Origin: Emiliania huxleyi CCMP1516
Taxonomy: Eukaryota
Direction of reading: 5' to 3'
Assembly: GCF_000372725.1 (NCBI RefSeq)
Contig: NW_005201360.1
Location: forward strand, 84,881-148,880
DNA length: 64,000 nucleotides
Positions 1 to 13,068 of the stretch are shown piece after piece. Position 1 is the first letter of the stretch. Every line of letters starts with the position of its first letter. The notes beneath the pieces were generated by a model that ran no database searches, had not been told where the DNA came from, and worked only from the letters and a program-made list of their open reading frames with translations. Position numbers and translations under genes: made by a program.

Positions 1-1182
1 GCTCCCTCGTCTTTGTCGCGAGCGAGCGCGTGAGCGTCCAGTCCAAGGCGAGATATGGGCGAGATATGGGCGAGATACGGAGCGCGTGAGCGTCCAGTCC
101 AAGGCGAGAGGTGCTCCAGCAGCCAGACCAGCGCACATCCACACACCGCACGCGCACGCAAGCAAGCGTACAGCACGCACCGCGCCACGCAGACGCAGCC
201 CAACGACGCTCGGACTGCGGCAGCTGGACTGCGGTGCGTAGGTGCGGCTCGACGGCGGCTCCGGCCTCGCGCAGCCGTATGCGATGCCGACCGAGTACCT
301 CAAGTCGATGGTGGCGCTCGCGCTGAGCGCGCTCGCGGACGTGCGCCGCCTCGAGCGCGCCTTTCCCTCCTCGTGGCGGGTGGAGCAGCGCGCCCACCGC
401 CTTAGGTGCCGCGCCTCGAGCGGGTCCTCGTGCTCGGTATGGGCGCCGGCAGCCTCCCCTCCTACCTCGGCCGCTGCTGCCCTGAGGCGGCCGCCGCACC
501 GCCCCCCCCGCGCGCGCTCTGGCAGCGCTCCCGAAGCCGCGTTCCGAGCCCCTTGCCTTGGGTCGCTGGCTAGGCGCGACTCGTCGACGCCGTCGAGCTG
601 GACGCGACCGTCGCCGAGGCGGCGCAGGGACCGTTCGGCCTCGACCCAGGCCGCCGGCGCCGTGCGCGCGCTGAGCCCTCCCGGCGCTTTTGCCGCACCA
701 GTCGCGGGCAGCGTCGCTCCGCCATAGGCAGAGTGGCTGTGCACGTGGACGACGCCGCGGCGTGGCTCCGCGGGAGGGCGGCGGCGGCGACGGCGCGGGA
801 GCCATACGACCTCGTATGCGTGGACATCGCGGACGGGAGCAACCGCATCCCAGAGACGTTCTACTCGGCCGCCTTCCTCGCCGACGTGCGCGCGAGCCTC
901 GCTCCGCACGGCGTTGTCTGCCACAACTTCCACTCGGGCAAGGCGGACCTCGACCGGCGCCTCGAGGAGGCTTGCGCCGCGTACGGCGCCGCCTTCCCCG
1001 GCGGCGCGTGCCGCGTGCCTTCGCCCGCGCGCCGGCCCTGGAACACGATCGTCGCGGCGAGCCCGCGGCGGGGCGCCTTCTCCTCCCTTGAGGAGCTGCG
1101 CGCGGCGGCGCGGCGAGCACGAGAGCAGCGCGGGCTGCCCTTCGACGCGAGCGCGCGGCTGGAGGGACTGAGAGAGATTTGA
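1..1182 (+). CDS. SAM-dependent methyltransferase, spermidine-synthase/METTL13 C-terminal-like (5' partial, spliced)
   Basis: Exons ~1-47, 242-340, 406-486, 573-649, 729-1182 splice to ...RSLVF..VQSK-VRLDG..EYLKSM..-VLVLGMGAGSLP (SAM GxGxG)-VDAVELD-..VDDA..YDLVCVDI..FYSAAFL..L.PHGVV..N; GC/GT-AG boundaries visible. Confidence 0.8.
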
Positions 1183-1353
1183 AAAAAGGAAAAAATTATG
1201 AAGTAGTCAACACTCTTTTTTGAGCACGTGTGTACCGCTACAACAATGAACAGACAGACTGAGAGATACTGCACACATATGCGGCCGCCAGCAGCAGCAC
1301 GCAGCAGGCACGCAGCAGGTGGAGGCTGGAGCACAGGCAGCGGGTGCTGCGTC

Positions 1354-1941
1354 TTAGTCTGGGGCGCGGGCCTCGACGACTCGCTTGACTGCCTCGTTGA
1401 TGTACACGTAGTTCCTCGCGACCTTTGCGAAAGGCATCCCGAGATTCAGAGCAGGGAGGAGGCCGGTGAAGTCCTCATAGTGCTCCATACGTGTCCTCGT
1501 CTCCGATTCGGGGGTCAAAATGATCCAATGGTTGCCGTGGAAGAGGCCGCAAGGGACGCCGCCGGCCCAATTTAGGAAGTGGCGGTCGTGATCCACGGCC
1601 AGAATCTGGCACGCGTATTCTTTCCAGGTGCCGTCGCCGTCGAAGGACGCGAGAAGCCTCGCATCCGTCCCGGCCGGGTTCTCATCGACGTCTTCAAACT
1701 TGGTCCACGCGTTCCACTCGCCCCACGTTCGCAGGTCGCTGACTACCTAAAGCTTGCGCGGCGGTTGGTGATGCGCGGCGAGAGGTGATGCGCGGCGAGA
1801 GGTGCTGCGGGGAGAGGTGATGCGCGGCGAGAGGTGAGTTGTGCGACTGCCAAGGAAGCGGCGCGTGGACGTGACCCGCACCTTCCAGACGCTGCCGATG
1901 GATGCATCGATGATGATCTCAGTACGGATTGTTCGCACCAT
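1354..1941 (-). CDS. SRPBCC / polyketide cyclase-dehydrase (START-like) protein, 2 exons
   Basis: MVRTIRTEIIIDASIGSVWK spliced (GT-AG, ~1747-1881) to VVSDLRTWGEWN...LNWAGGVPCGLFHGNHWIILTP..TRMEHYEDFTGLL, a typical SRPBCC pattern; the intron holds 17-bp repeats GTGATGCGCGGCGAGAG. Confidence 0.8.
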
Positions 1942-2629
1942 CCCAAGCGGCGGGCGAGTAGGATGTTGGACAGAGGAAGAGATGCGGCCAAAACGAGCGA
2001 CGCAAGACAGCGGCGCATGCTGGGTAAGACCATCAACGACCTCCGACGCTCGCCTTTCTACGTAGATTTCTTTTATCTGATCCTTTTAGGTCCTTATATC
2101 CACCCTTGTAAGTCTCCTGTGCCGGAGCGCCGACTGAAGCCGCGAACGATCTCAATCAAACTCGGCCGTCCGCCGCAAATCGTCGGGGCCTCGGCCAACA
2201 GCCGGCGCGCATGGAGCGCTCGGGCGAGGGGCGAGAGCGCGAAGCGCCACCAGCCACCGACGACGAGGATGCGACGCAGCCGACCACACAGGAAGACTGC
2301 TGGCGTCGTGCGGGAGTCATCCGGCAAGCGCAGCCGACAGCGCAGCATCACCAGAAGATCACCGCTGGGCTTGCAAGCGGACAAACAACTCTAACACTCA
2401 CACGTCATTTGGTTGGGGCCTGGAGCCCCTGCAGACTGTAGTTTATGGTGGTTTGCCCTGTTCACGCGCGCGCGAGACGTGCAGACAGGGTTGCCAGGTG
2501 AGAGCGGCGCAAAGCGAAGGGCCGCCGCCATGTCGCAAGGGGAGCGGGCGGCGAAACGAATGACCGATCAGCGGCGACGCCGCCATGAGCAGCGTGGGAA
2601 CCTGTGTGCCCAGGGGAAAAAGCGTTTAA

Positions 2630-3062
2630 GAAAGAAAGAAAGAAAACGGACAACCCAAGGGAGGGATGGGAGGACGGCACGCCGCCACCACACAGGGATT
2701 TTAAGGAGAGGGGTGTGGTGCGCTAGCCGTCGCCCACCCTTGGGCGTCCGCCTCTTTCTAACTCCCTTCGCAGTCCCTCGCCGATTTTCGCTGCAACCTT
2801 CATGCCACCTCTCGCGGTCGTCCCACTCTCGTCGTTCTCCCTCCTGTCGCTTCCTCCTCTGTCGCGTCGCTCTCGTCTCACGTCTGCCTCGTCCTGCGAC
2901 GACGCCGCCGCCGCCTGCCGGTCCCTTGCTCTCGCGGCTTCTCCCTCTCTCAGGAAAAAGAAAGAAAGAAAACGGACAAACCAAGGGGGGATAAAGAAAG
3001 AAAGAAAGAAAACAGACAACCCAAGGGAGGGATGGGAGGACGGCACGCCGCCACCACACAAG
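2630..3062 (+). repeat. Interspersed repeat family A (two adjacent copies)
   Basis: Core GGGATGGGAGGACGGCACGCCGCC(GCC)ACCACACA preceded by (GAAA)n occurs at ~2661 and ~3029, and again at ~20572 and ~54860. Confidence 0.8.
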
Positions 3063-3155
3063 GGGGGGATGGAAGCCGGGTTCGGAAAATTCTTTTTATT
3101 AAACGCCGTAGACGGCCGTAGACGGCGCCGGGCACCTTGAAGGCTCCCACAGGCT

Positions 3156-5500
3156 ATGTCCAACTTGACGGCGCACCCGCACGCGGTGACGCCGCTCAGC
3201 TTCGTGCCCGTCACCCGGCACCCGCAGCAGACCCTCCGGCGCGGCCGCCGGATGAGCCTGCTTCCGGGGTGGCAGATGTCGGGCAACCTGCACACGCTTG
3301 GCTACTTTTCGGCGCCCGTCTGCCTCGGCTCGCCGTCGCGGCAGTTCGACCTGATCGTCGACACGGGCTCGGCGCTCACGGCGCTCCCGTGCGAGGGCTG
3401 CCCGCACTGCGGCTCTCACAAGCACGGCTCCGTCTCGGGCGCGCGCTTCTCCGAAAAGGCGTCGTCGACGTCCGAGCCGGTGGTGTGCTCGCGGCCACCG
3501 CGCGGGATGTCGACGTGCCGCAGCTGCGACGGCGGCAAGTGCGCCTACTCGGTCTCGTACACCGAGGGCTCCTCCATCCGAGGCCACCTCGTCTACGACT
3601 CGTTTTGGTTCGGCACGGAGCTCGGCAACCGCGCTGTGCGCGCCTCGTTCGGCTGCCAGACGTACGAGTCGGGGCTCTTCTACTCGCAGGTGGCGGACGG
3701 GATCACCGGCATGTCGCAGGGGCAGGGCTACGGCCCCTGCCTCTTCGACTACCTCCGCGATCAGACCCGCGCGCCGAACGTCTTTTCGATTTGCCTGAGC
3801 GAGGAGGTCGGCGCGCTCGTGCTCGGAGGAACGGTGCCCCCGGACCTCAAGGCGGAGTGGGTGCCGTACTCGGGCTCGTCCTCGTACGTGGTCGACCTCG
3901 TCGACATTCGCGTCAGCGGCGCCTCCATCGGCGGGCCGATCCCTTGCCTGGCCCTTGCCTGGCCCTTGCCTGCACCCTCCCTGCACCCTCCCCTTCCCCC
4001 CCCCCCGANNNNNNNNNNNNNNNNNNNNNNNNNNNNNNNNNNNNNNNNNNNNNNNNNNNNNNNNNNNNNNNNNNNNNNNNNNNNNNNNNNNNNNNNNNNN
4101 NNNNNNNNACGGCAACTTACCTTTCACCCCACCCGGCCCCGGACCTTTTTTTTCAACAGCCTTTCTTTCCAAAAGCCAACCGCCTTCCGAAAAAAGAGAC
4201 CTTTCACCCCCTCCGGGGGGCCTCCGGCCCTTTGGGAAAACACCCCGTGACCCCCCCCCCCCCACCCCCTTCCCCCCCCCCCCTCCCCCCCCCCTCCCCA
4301 CCCCCTTCCCCCCCCGCAGGAGAGCCCTCCTCAGTCTACCGCTCCACCATCATCGACTCGGGCACCACCTTCATGTACCTCCCGCCCGGGCCGTACCGCA
4401 AGGCGCGGGAGGCCGCCGAGATTGCGCGACCTCTCCCCCCTCCCTCTCCCCTCCCTCCTCCCTCCTCCTCCCCCCGCCCCATCCCTCCCCACAGCCCGGA
4501 CTCTCCCTCCGACGCGCGAGCTGCTGGCGCGCCGCCCCCGCCCCCCCGCCCCTCAGGTGCGCGACCAGTGGCGCAACCACTGCCCGTGGGGGGCATGCGC
4601 CTCCCGCGTGGCCAAGGGAGAGTACCCAGACGATTACTGCTACACCATGTCGACCGACGAGCTCCGCCGCTTCGCGCCCCACTCGCTCCACTTCGCAAAC
4701 GGCGTCCGCGTCAACTTTGACTCGCGCCAGTGCGACCTGCGACCCCCCTCCCCCCCATCCGCCCTCCCCTTCCGGACCCCCCTCCCCTCCTCTCCTCGCC
4801 CCCCGTCGCCCCCCGACCCACTCCGACTCCCGCCCCTGCCCCCCCGCCGCAGGTATGCGTATGAGCTGCGGCGCGGCGTCTGGTGCCTCGGCGTGTTCGA
4901 CAACGAGCACAATGGCGCGACACCCTCCAAGACACCTCCGAGACACCTCCAAGACACCTCCGAGACACTTCCAGGACACCTCCGAGACGCTCCCGACACT
5001 CTCGAGACACGTCCCTCTTGGCCACAGCTCCACACTCCTCCCACACGCCACAGCCGCTTCACCCGCGCCTGAAACCAGCCCCCCCCCCCCCCCCCCAAAA
5101 AAAAAAATGGTCTTTTGTGCTCTTTTGTCCATGCCGCGACCTCGCCGTGGCCTCCAGGCGCCGTCATCGGAGCCGCGAACATGCGCAACTACGAGGTCAT
5201 CTTCGACCGCGACCGCCACCGCGTCGCCTTCTACCCGTCCGACTGCGGCGGCATGCACGCCCTGCGACACTCGAGCGTGCTGCAGGCGCGCCGAGCCCCG
5301 TCATCCGCCCCCAGCCCCCTCCCCCATCCCCCCCACCCCGCCCACCCCTCCACCCCTCCCCAACCCGCCTGCCACAGGGCGGCTACTCGCTAAACGGCTG
5401 CAGTCGGAAGACGCCGCCAAGGGCCGGGCCGCCGCCGCCGCCGTCCCCGCCGCCGCCGCCGCCGCCGTCGCCCCACCCGCCGCCGCCTCCCTCGCCCAGC

Positions 5501-5536
<36 letters not shown>

Positions 5537-5767
5537 AGCACGCAGGAGCACGCGCAGATGAACGAGCCGTGCGACGGCTTCGACGAGCGGCGCAGCCGCC
5601 CCTTCCCGCCCTGCCGCAAGGGCCTCAATTGCGAGCCGCGAGGCGGGAACGCGACGTTTGTGCCGGGCGCGGGCAAGTTTTGCACCCTCCCCAAGGGGAG
5701 CATGCTCTTCGAACAGGGGCGCCGCCAGTCGCTCCGAGGGGCGCGCCGCTTGCAACCGCCGGGCTGA
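3156..5767 (+). CDS. Pepsin-family (A1) aspartic protease with Pro-rich linker and C-terminal Cys-rich module; multi-exon, spans an N gap; true 5' end may lie upstream
   Basis: Both catalytic motifs present (LIVDTGS ~3352, IIDSGTT ~4348); CAYSVSYTEGSS, FGCQTYESGLFYSQVADGITG, FSICL, VIGAANMRNYEVIFD (plasmepsin V/nepenthesin-like). Confidence 0.9.
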
Positions 5768-6399
5768 GGTGGAGGGGAGCAAGAGCGGACCTTGTGCCTC
5801 CGCCGCCCGCTCGCTTCTCTCCTCCACACCCGCCCTCTCCCTCCTCGCTCCCCTGCGTGGTGTGCGTCCCACGCGTGGGCGCAGTTTTCAGGTCGTCCCG
5901 ACCTATAGCGTCAACCCCACGGTGACTGTGCCGTTGTCCTGTCGCGGACGTGGGTGGAGGGTGGTGTGCTGCCTGGGCCGGGCCCGCTCCCCACTCGAGA
6001 CACCTGCGTTGTATGAAATGGAGTATTGTTTATTCCGCGGCCCCTGTGCGACACATACCTCGCTGCAGTCTCAGACTCTACCGTTTTCCGTCTAACAAGA
6101 CACAAGTGTCCAGTGATCACAGATCAGTGTCAACGTGTACACGTCAAGACAAGGCACACTCAAGTAGAACTGCACTCATGAGCGAACATGTCATGAGAAG
6201 CCACGCGGTGCGAGGAATCGCGGCGCACTCCCAAGTAGAACTGCACTCATCCTGTCGACGAACTCCAAAGTCCTCCTCTGACTTCTCTCCTCACAGACTC
6301 ACAGCACACAGGAGACACAGTAGACCTCACGTGTCAGTCGGTGACTCGACGACACTCGACACGAAACGGGGTCTGAAGGGCCCCAAGCCCATCCGTCCG

Positions 6400-6840
6400 T
6401 CCCTTGGCCAGTTGTCGCGCTATCAGAACTCACCTCGTTCAATGAGGTGCATCGAAGAGCTTGCTGGCCCGAGCCTGAGTCATGCTCATGATTGACTCAC
6501 CGAGCGCTGGCGCAGTGTACCACGACGTTGGGGCGACCTCGCCGCCGAGGTACGGTCGCGAGTTGTCGTCCTGTCATTTGATGGGGGCGAGATGTGTTCG
6601 TGGCGTTGGGTGAGATGTGTTCGTGAGCATTGGCAGCAGATATTCGCTCACCAGAAGGCTAGGACGATATGGTCGGCCCACGGTCTTGGCCTTGAAGGAC
6701 TGCAACTTCTTCGACTCACGCATGAGAGTGGCCCTGACGTGGCCCTTCCACTCCGGCGGCGCTGGAGCCTCTGCAAACGGTCGCATAAAGTTGGTCCGAG
6801 CGTGCACCGCGGGCTTGCGCGTGTACACCTCCGGCTCCAT
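6400..6840 (-). CDS. Hypothetical spliced protein (3' end uncertain)
   Basis: ATG at 6840 and successive GTGAG donors with AG acceptors keep a frame open (MEPEVYTRK..PSLL / DDNSRPYLGGEVAPTSWY..); no family recognised. Confidence 0.35.
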
Positions 6841-8620
6841 TTCGACGTTGTTGAAAAAATCGTTTCGCGGGCGCCGGCCGGACCGCTCACATCCGGCCGC
6901 GCGGTGAAACGCGGCGCATGGTGAGTCCGGTGTACGAGCTGCACGTTGCCAGTGGCCGCGGTGCTCGAGACGCTTTCGAACCGCCGCGGGTGTTTCTCAT
7001 GCACTCGCGAGACATGCCCACCTCCTTCCCACCGAGGCTTGGCTCTTCGCATGCGCCGCTCCCGCGTGCTTGGTCCTTCTCAACGCCACTGCCGGACCGC
7101 CCTCGCACACCGATGCCACCGCGGGGGCGAGCGCTGCTTTTAGCGGATGCGTGCTCAAGTTCGTCGTGGAGGTCACTGAGCTTGGCTTCGTCGCCAACGA
7201 CGGCGGAACCAATCTTCTCACCGGCCAACATGCTCAGGGAAGAACTCCTCCGGCCAGCAGGAACGCCAGCGAGTGCATCGAAGCGGAGCCCGAGCTGCCA
7301 ACGCAGCCGGAGCCCGAGTCGGACGGACACGCGCTCTCGGGGCAGCATCTCATCTCACCTGTACGCCCCATGCAGCCGGCACGGGCAGGCGCGGCCGGCT
7401 TGCCGGCCAGCAGCTGCGGGAGCGCCGAGGGGAGTCTCCCGAAGATACTCGAAGCGCGAAATCGCGGCGCTGGCCGAGAAGGCGAGGCGAGCCGTGCTTC
7501 AAGGCTCGGAGGCGGAGCGCGAGGAGCAGCGCAACCTGGTGATGTCTCCCTCGCAGCTGATGCCCGCCCTGTGCGCACCGCGGAGCCTGACGGTGTGAGG
7601 CCTTTCAAAGCTCTTCTAGAAAATGTCGTTCTAGGTCTAACAGAAGGTAGTTGGTAGAGAGGGGTTACAAGAGCCGACCTAATATCGTTATCGCATTCAC
7701 GGAAGATTACTTCAACAATTACTTGGAAAAAGAAAAAACTAGTGCCACGGTGTTGGTGTATCAGCGACCTCGACCGACTATGGAGGACCCGTCGCCAGAC
7801 GACGCAGGGCGGACGACGGGGAGGCGGAGCAGACGCGCAGGGCGAGACGAGGGAGGGAGCAGGATGTTGCGGAGATCAGCAGGAGGATGTACGACGAGAT
7901 TAGGAGCAGCAGGGACCCGAGGGACCATGTGGAAGACGGCTAGTGCTAGTCCCCCATCGGGAGGACGACCCCGGCTAGTCGCCGACCACACCCACAAAGA
8001 ACCCTGCACAAAGACCGCAGGGCGGGGACCTGTTCCTTTTTACCCATCTACTATATAGTAGAGGTGTCCGTTTTATTTATTTATGGTGTATCAGCTTCTT
8101 TTTCTTTTGTAGTGCCAGTCCAGGGAGAACTTTTCGAAATCTTTTTCTCATCCAGCGATGACCGATGTGGTCGTTCAAGTACTGGCTACTGCCCTGCCCG
8201 GCACAACCAGGTTAGTGCATAGTGGCACGGCACTCGCGGCGCTCCTGTCTGTGCTCGCAACGTGCCCGCGCTGCGCGTCGGTCGCGACCTACGCGCCAGC
8301 GCTCGGCGCACCCAAGTCCAAGCTGAGTTGATCGTTGCTTCCCTTTCGCGAGGTGGTGCGGACTGCCGGAGGCCTCGGTCTCCCCTCTGCCCGTGCGACT
8401 TTCGCTAACTCCCTCGAGCGTGGATCGTCTCTCTTCGGCGCGCTCGAGCACGTTTTTGGGGTTTGGCACCAACAGGCTTTGATTCTTACGGATCCTACAA
8501 AACAAATTGGTATTGCTAAAAATCTCTCTCTCTCGGATCCTCACCCGCCAAGCCCAAGGCAGGTGTGCACTCTGCTACTAGTAGTACTTGTGTGCTCACA
8601 CCACTACACTGTGGGGTGTG

Positions 8621-9038
8621 TTGGGGCAAACGTAGATTTCCCGAAATATTTTGAGAAATATGACAGGCTTGTTCGGAAGGAGAAATTTCCGGAAATTTAC
8701 CATACCTGTGACAAGATCCTACTATTCATATACGAGTACTGTTCCCAATCATGCTTGACCGGTGACCGATGACCGCTGACCGCTGACCGATGACCAGCGT
8801 CAGCCTCTCCGCGGAGGCGCACCATCACTGCCGCGCGGGCCTGCCGGCTCAAGCAAGGCACGGCAGGCCCGCACGGTGCCTGGTCCAACATGGGTGTCCA
8901 ACATGGGCGAAACGGAAAGGGGCGAAACTTGAGGGCGAAGAAATTTCTCGCAAATTTGCCGTGGTGGGGCACGAAATAAAGACGAAATAAATGAAAGAAA
9001 TATCCTTACGCTGGGCAGGAAATCTACGTTTGCCCCAA
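8621..9038. mobile_element. MITE (non-autonomous DNA transposon), 418 bp
   Basis: Perfect 21-bp TIR TTGGGGCAAACGTAGATTTCC (8621-8641 / 9018-9038) flanked by 8-bp TSD GGGGTGTG (8613-8620, 9039-9046). Confidence 0.9.
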
Positions 9039-9333
9039 GGGGTGTGCCCGAGCATGATGTATGTGCGCGTCTGTGCGTGTGTGGGACAGACGTCGTTGTC
9101 CTATGCGCGGGGCTTCCCGCGGCGCATCGGGCACTTGGAGCACTTGGAGTGCAGTCATCAACCTCACATCCAGGGCCGGGGAGCCACGACCTTTTCTCGC
9201 CTTTTGAGCCCTTGTCGCACCTCGTATCCCAGCACCATTTCTCACCTCCTCAGCCCATTGTCGCACCTCGTCGCTGGCGCTCGCCTCTACCAGACGATCA
9301 TTGCTGTGCGGTTCCAGTGTTGGCAACGGACGC

Positions 9334-10095
9334 ATGAGAAGCCTGTGCCTCAGCAGCCTGCTATTGTTACATGGCGCCTGCTGCTGCTACATCGCACCGG
9401 CCTCGCGATCCGAATGTTCGAACACTGCCTCGCGCCGTCGCTGCCGACCTCCGCTCCTCTGGAGCGGCGAGACCTCGGCCGAGCTTGTGATTCGAGCGCC
9501 ACCGCAGCTGCTGTTTGAGGTGTACGCCGACATCGAGCGCATGCCAGAGTGGTCGCCGCTGCTGGAGCGCGTCACGCTCGTCGATCCGGCCGCGCGCCGA
9601 TCAGAGTGGGCGCTGCGCGTGCCGCGACCGCTCACACGGCTAGTCAACGCGGCGGGGCTGCAGAACCTGGTCCAGTGGGAGGCGATGCACGAGCTCGATC
9701 CGCCCCGCGCGCTGCGATGGCGGTCGCTCAGCGGCGTCCAAAACTCGGGCGAGGCCACCTTCACGCCGGTGGCTGGGCAGCCCCGTGCGACGACGGTGCG
9801 GCTGCGGATGTCCTACACGCTGCCGGACCTTGCTGGCCCGCTGGCCGAGACGAGACTGGCGCGCCCAGCCCGGCATCCCGCCGTGCGGTCACATTCTCAG
9901 CCCCCCTCTCGTCCCTGGCAGGCGCAGAGCTTTGTGCGTCGCACGATGCACGGCGCGATGACTCGCTTCCGAGATGCGATGGAGGCGCAGGCGGCAGCGG
10001 CGGTAGCGGCGGACGACGGAGGTGGCGGCGGCGCGGCGGTTGCAGAGGCCGCGATGGAGGCGGCGATGAAGGCGGCGATGGAGGCGCCGCCCTAG
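9334..10095 (+). CDS. SRPBCC cyclase/dehydrase family protein with N-terminal signal (possibly plastid-targeting) peptide
   Basis: Hydrophobic N-terminus MRSLCLSSLLLLHGACC; IRAPPQLLFEVYADIERMPEWSP, LRWRSLSGVQNSGEATF, VRLRMSY; probable intron ~9860-9921. Confidence 0.8.
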   Translation: MRSLCLSSLLLLHGACCCYIAPASRSECSNTASRRRCRPPLLWSGETSAELVIRAPPQLLFEVYADIERMPEWSPLLERVTLVDPAARRSEWALRVPRPLTRLVNAAGLQNLVQWEAMHELDPPRALRWRSLSGVQNSGEATFTPVAGQPRATTVRLRMSYTLPDLAGPLAETRLARPARHPAVRSHSQPPSRPWQAQSFVRRTMHGAMTRFRDAMEAQAAAAVAADDGGGGGAAVAEAAMEAAMKAAMEAPP

Positions 10096-11852
10096 ACGCT
10101 AACGGCCTCCGCCGCGCAACAGTCAGAGAAGGAGATAGTGTAATCGATCTTTTTCCTCAATCAAAAACCTCTTTTTTGCTCTATGGTCGGCGGACAAATA
10201 TTGCGCACAGGCATCACCTATGGTCGACTGCCTGCCTGCGGTGGCTGAGTCCACGGTCAGGGTGCCAGCCCCGCGGGCCCCCACCGTGTAAACGGGCAAC
10301 TCCCCTGGGAGCCACACGACGTTAAACACACCATGTAAATAAAAGCTCTCCGCGAGCTCTCTCGCAGTAACAGCTTACTTTTTTCGAAGTAACTTTCGAA
10401 GTAACCTTTCGCCCTTGCGCCATACCACAACCGCTCGAAACGCTCAAATTTGGCGTTCCGTGCTCCGCTTCAGCCTTCTAGCCGCGCCGAGATGGCCAGC
10501 ACGTCGTCGCCCGCACCTGCTGTGGATCAGGTGGCGACCGACTCGTTCCTGTCGTCACTCGCTGAGCTGCGGATACTCACGTCAATGAGAAGCAGGTCGG
10601 CAGGGCGGAGAAGCCCAACGACTTTGGCGTGCTCGTGACGTTGAATATTCCAGAGAGCATACGCAAGCAAAAGCGACTCGCCATCACTGCGAAGAGCGAT
10701 CGGCCGACCGGTTCGCCGCCACGCAGGAGGCGAAGAAGTGGGTTAATGAGCAGCTGACGGAGGCCGGTATCGAGGCGACTCTGCCAGAGCAGCCGCCCCC
10801 ACCGCAGGCAGCAACTCCCGAGGAGCTGAATTAACTCGCCGCCTGGATCGACGAGTAGCCCGATCCGGGTGCTATCACTATGGTGCGGGCGCGATTGGCT
10901 TCACAGCCAACGCGTCAAAGCTTCTGGGGCGGTAACAATGGCGCTGCTCATGGAGCGTCAGCTCGCGGAAGCCCATGTGTGCGCAGCTGAGCGGCAGTTG
11001 AACCGAGCCCAGCAGCCTCATGCGGAGGAGGTCAAATCAGCGATGCAAGCGTACAAAATTGGATGGATAAGGAGTTCGCAGCGCTGGCGGAGGCATTCGA
11101 CGCTGATATGTATATGTATGTAGTCGTTCCCGGCACCCCACGTGCGTGCGTGTGATATTCGAGGGCTCGACCAGATCGTGAGCGTTGTGAAGCCGCAATT
11201 TCGTACTTAGCGATAGGCAGGCACATCATGTGGGTACTCAGGATCACTCGTATGAGAACGTCAGCACGTAGCTACGCTCGCGAGAGCGACCTAAGCACCT
11301 AAGCACCCTAAGCGCCCCCCCGCTTAGGCCGCTTAGGTGCTTAGGCGGTCTCTGGGGATGGGACCTGGGGCCCGCCGGGGCCGGGGCTGTCGGCTGAGCC
11401 ACTCTCCGTCTGGTGGCTCTCTACGGAGCGTTTATAACACAACAGCTCGGCACCCTGACCGTGGACTCAGCCCGGTGGCGGCGCGCGCGGCGGGCGGCCC
11501 CCAAGCCAAACAGCGCCAACCCACAGGCAAGACGAACCCAACACGCGCGCCGACAACGCGGGCACACACGCAGTGCTCTCAGTGCACACAGTGGTCAGTC
11601 CCACCTACGCACCCTGATGGACACCCAGTCGCCAGACAGAGTGACCGGCCCGCACCTTCTAGTTTCTGCAGAGGCCAACTAGACGGCACGCCTTGTCCCT
11701 TGAGTCCTCACTCAGGAATGTGACCACTCGACTCTCGAGTTTCCCAGTAAATGGCACCCTGGGGATCTCTCCCTCACTCTGTATAATTCCCTTTCTCCTT
11801 TCTGTCCAGTGTTGTGCGAGGGAGTTGAGTTGTGAAATTGTATGCGTACAGG

Positions 11853-12041
<189 letters not shown>

Positions 12042-12297
12042 AAAAGTATACGTACATGGACGTCAAGTCCGTAAAATCCTGGCAACACGACGCAGCCGGA
12101 CCTCGTTATGAGGGTTGCGAGCGAGGAGCACACGACTTACCTACCACCCATCACGGCGCACAGCCGGCCGCTAGCCTTGCACTCGCGTGTGTCCCCGTGG
12201 GGCTGCTGCTGAGCCAGATTGCCACTGCTTGCAGGTCCTGCCAAATCCACCTAGCTGCTCGAGTCTCGCACGCGATGCAATTGCTTGTGCCGCCCGC

Positions 12298-12819
12298 ATG
12301 CCATATGTGCAGGTCGATAGTGAAGGCCTTCCTAGTCCAAATCCCGATGACCTAAAGATCGAAGGCCAAACGCTACACGCTCCGAAGCTGAATGCTGTGC
12401 CGACGGATGGCAAGGCATCGCCACGAGCGAGGGCGAGGGCGAGGCGGACACCGCCGAGAAGGCAGATTTCGGAGCCTTCCGCAGGGACCCCGATAAATTT
12501 GCCCAGGAGAAGACCCGAGATGCGAGTGACCGAGCCCGCAGACACGACTCCCGAATCGCCACGCCGTGAGGGGCTGATGGCACGTGTTGCAGCACTCGAA
12601 CGAGAGAAGGCAGAGCTATTGTCACTGTGCGCCGAGCTGCAGACCCGGACGCTCAAGCTCGAGAGCGACAATAAGCAGCTGGCCGAAAAAGCTTCGTGGT
12701 TAGAGCGGAGGGTCTCCTCGGTAGACAACGCGGACCTCTGGGGGCTGAGGCAGCCACAGGAGCAGCCAAAGCCCAAGAGCAGACTGCTGTCCTTTGGCGG
12801 CAGCAGTAGAAGAAGGTAG
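12298..12819 (+). CDS. Hypothetical coiled-coil protein
   Basis: Open frame with heptad segment LMARVAALEREKAELLSLCAELQTRTLKLESDNKQL. Confidence 0.4.
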   Translation: MPYVQVDSEGLPSPNPDDLKIEGQTLHAPKLNAVPTDGKASPRARARARRTPPRRQISEPSAGTPINLPRRRPEMRVTEPADTTPESPRREGLMARVAALEREKAELLSLCAELQTRTLKLESDNKQLAEKASWLERRVSSVDNADLWGLRQPQEQPKPKSRLLSFGGSSRRR

Positions 12820-13068
12820 CCAGTCGGACAAGCGTTCTCATTTCCTGGTATCTATTTATTTTGGACGTATCATGAACATGGACATGCACATGTCATGTGT
12901 CATGCACGTATGTGTCCCGTCATGGCGTTCACGTGACGAGCCCTTGATCACAGACCGTCGAGCTTCATCACAGAGGGGGCGCGGGGCGGGGGGGCGGACC
13001 GCGGTCATGTGTCGACCTCACTGCTCTCTATGTGTCCACCCGCCCCCTGTGCCGGCCCCCCGCGCTCT

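Noticed and set aside
7754..8095. 12-bp direct repeat TGGTGTATCAGC flanking ~320 bp
   Set aside because: Could be an insertion with TSD, but no other element hallmarks could be confirmed
10490..11130. Protein-like frame with several stops (possible pseudogene)
   Set aside because: No recognisable family to support the call
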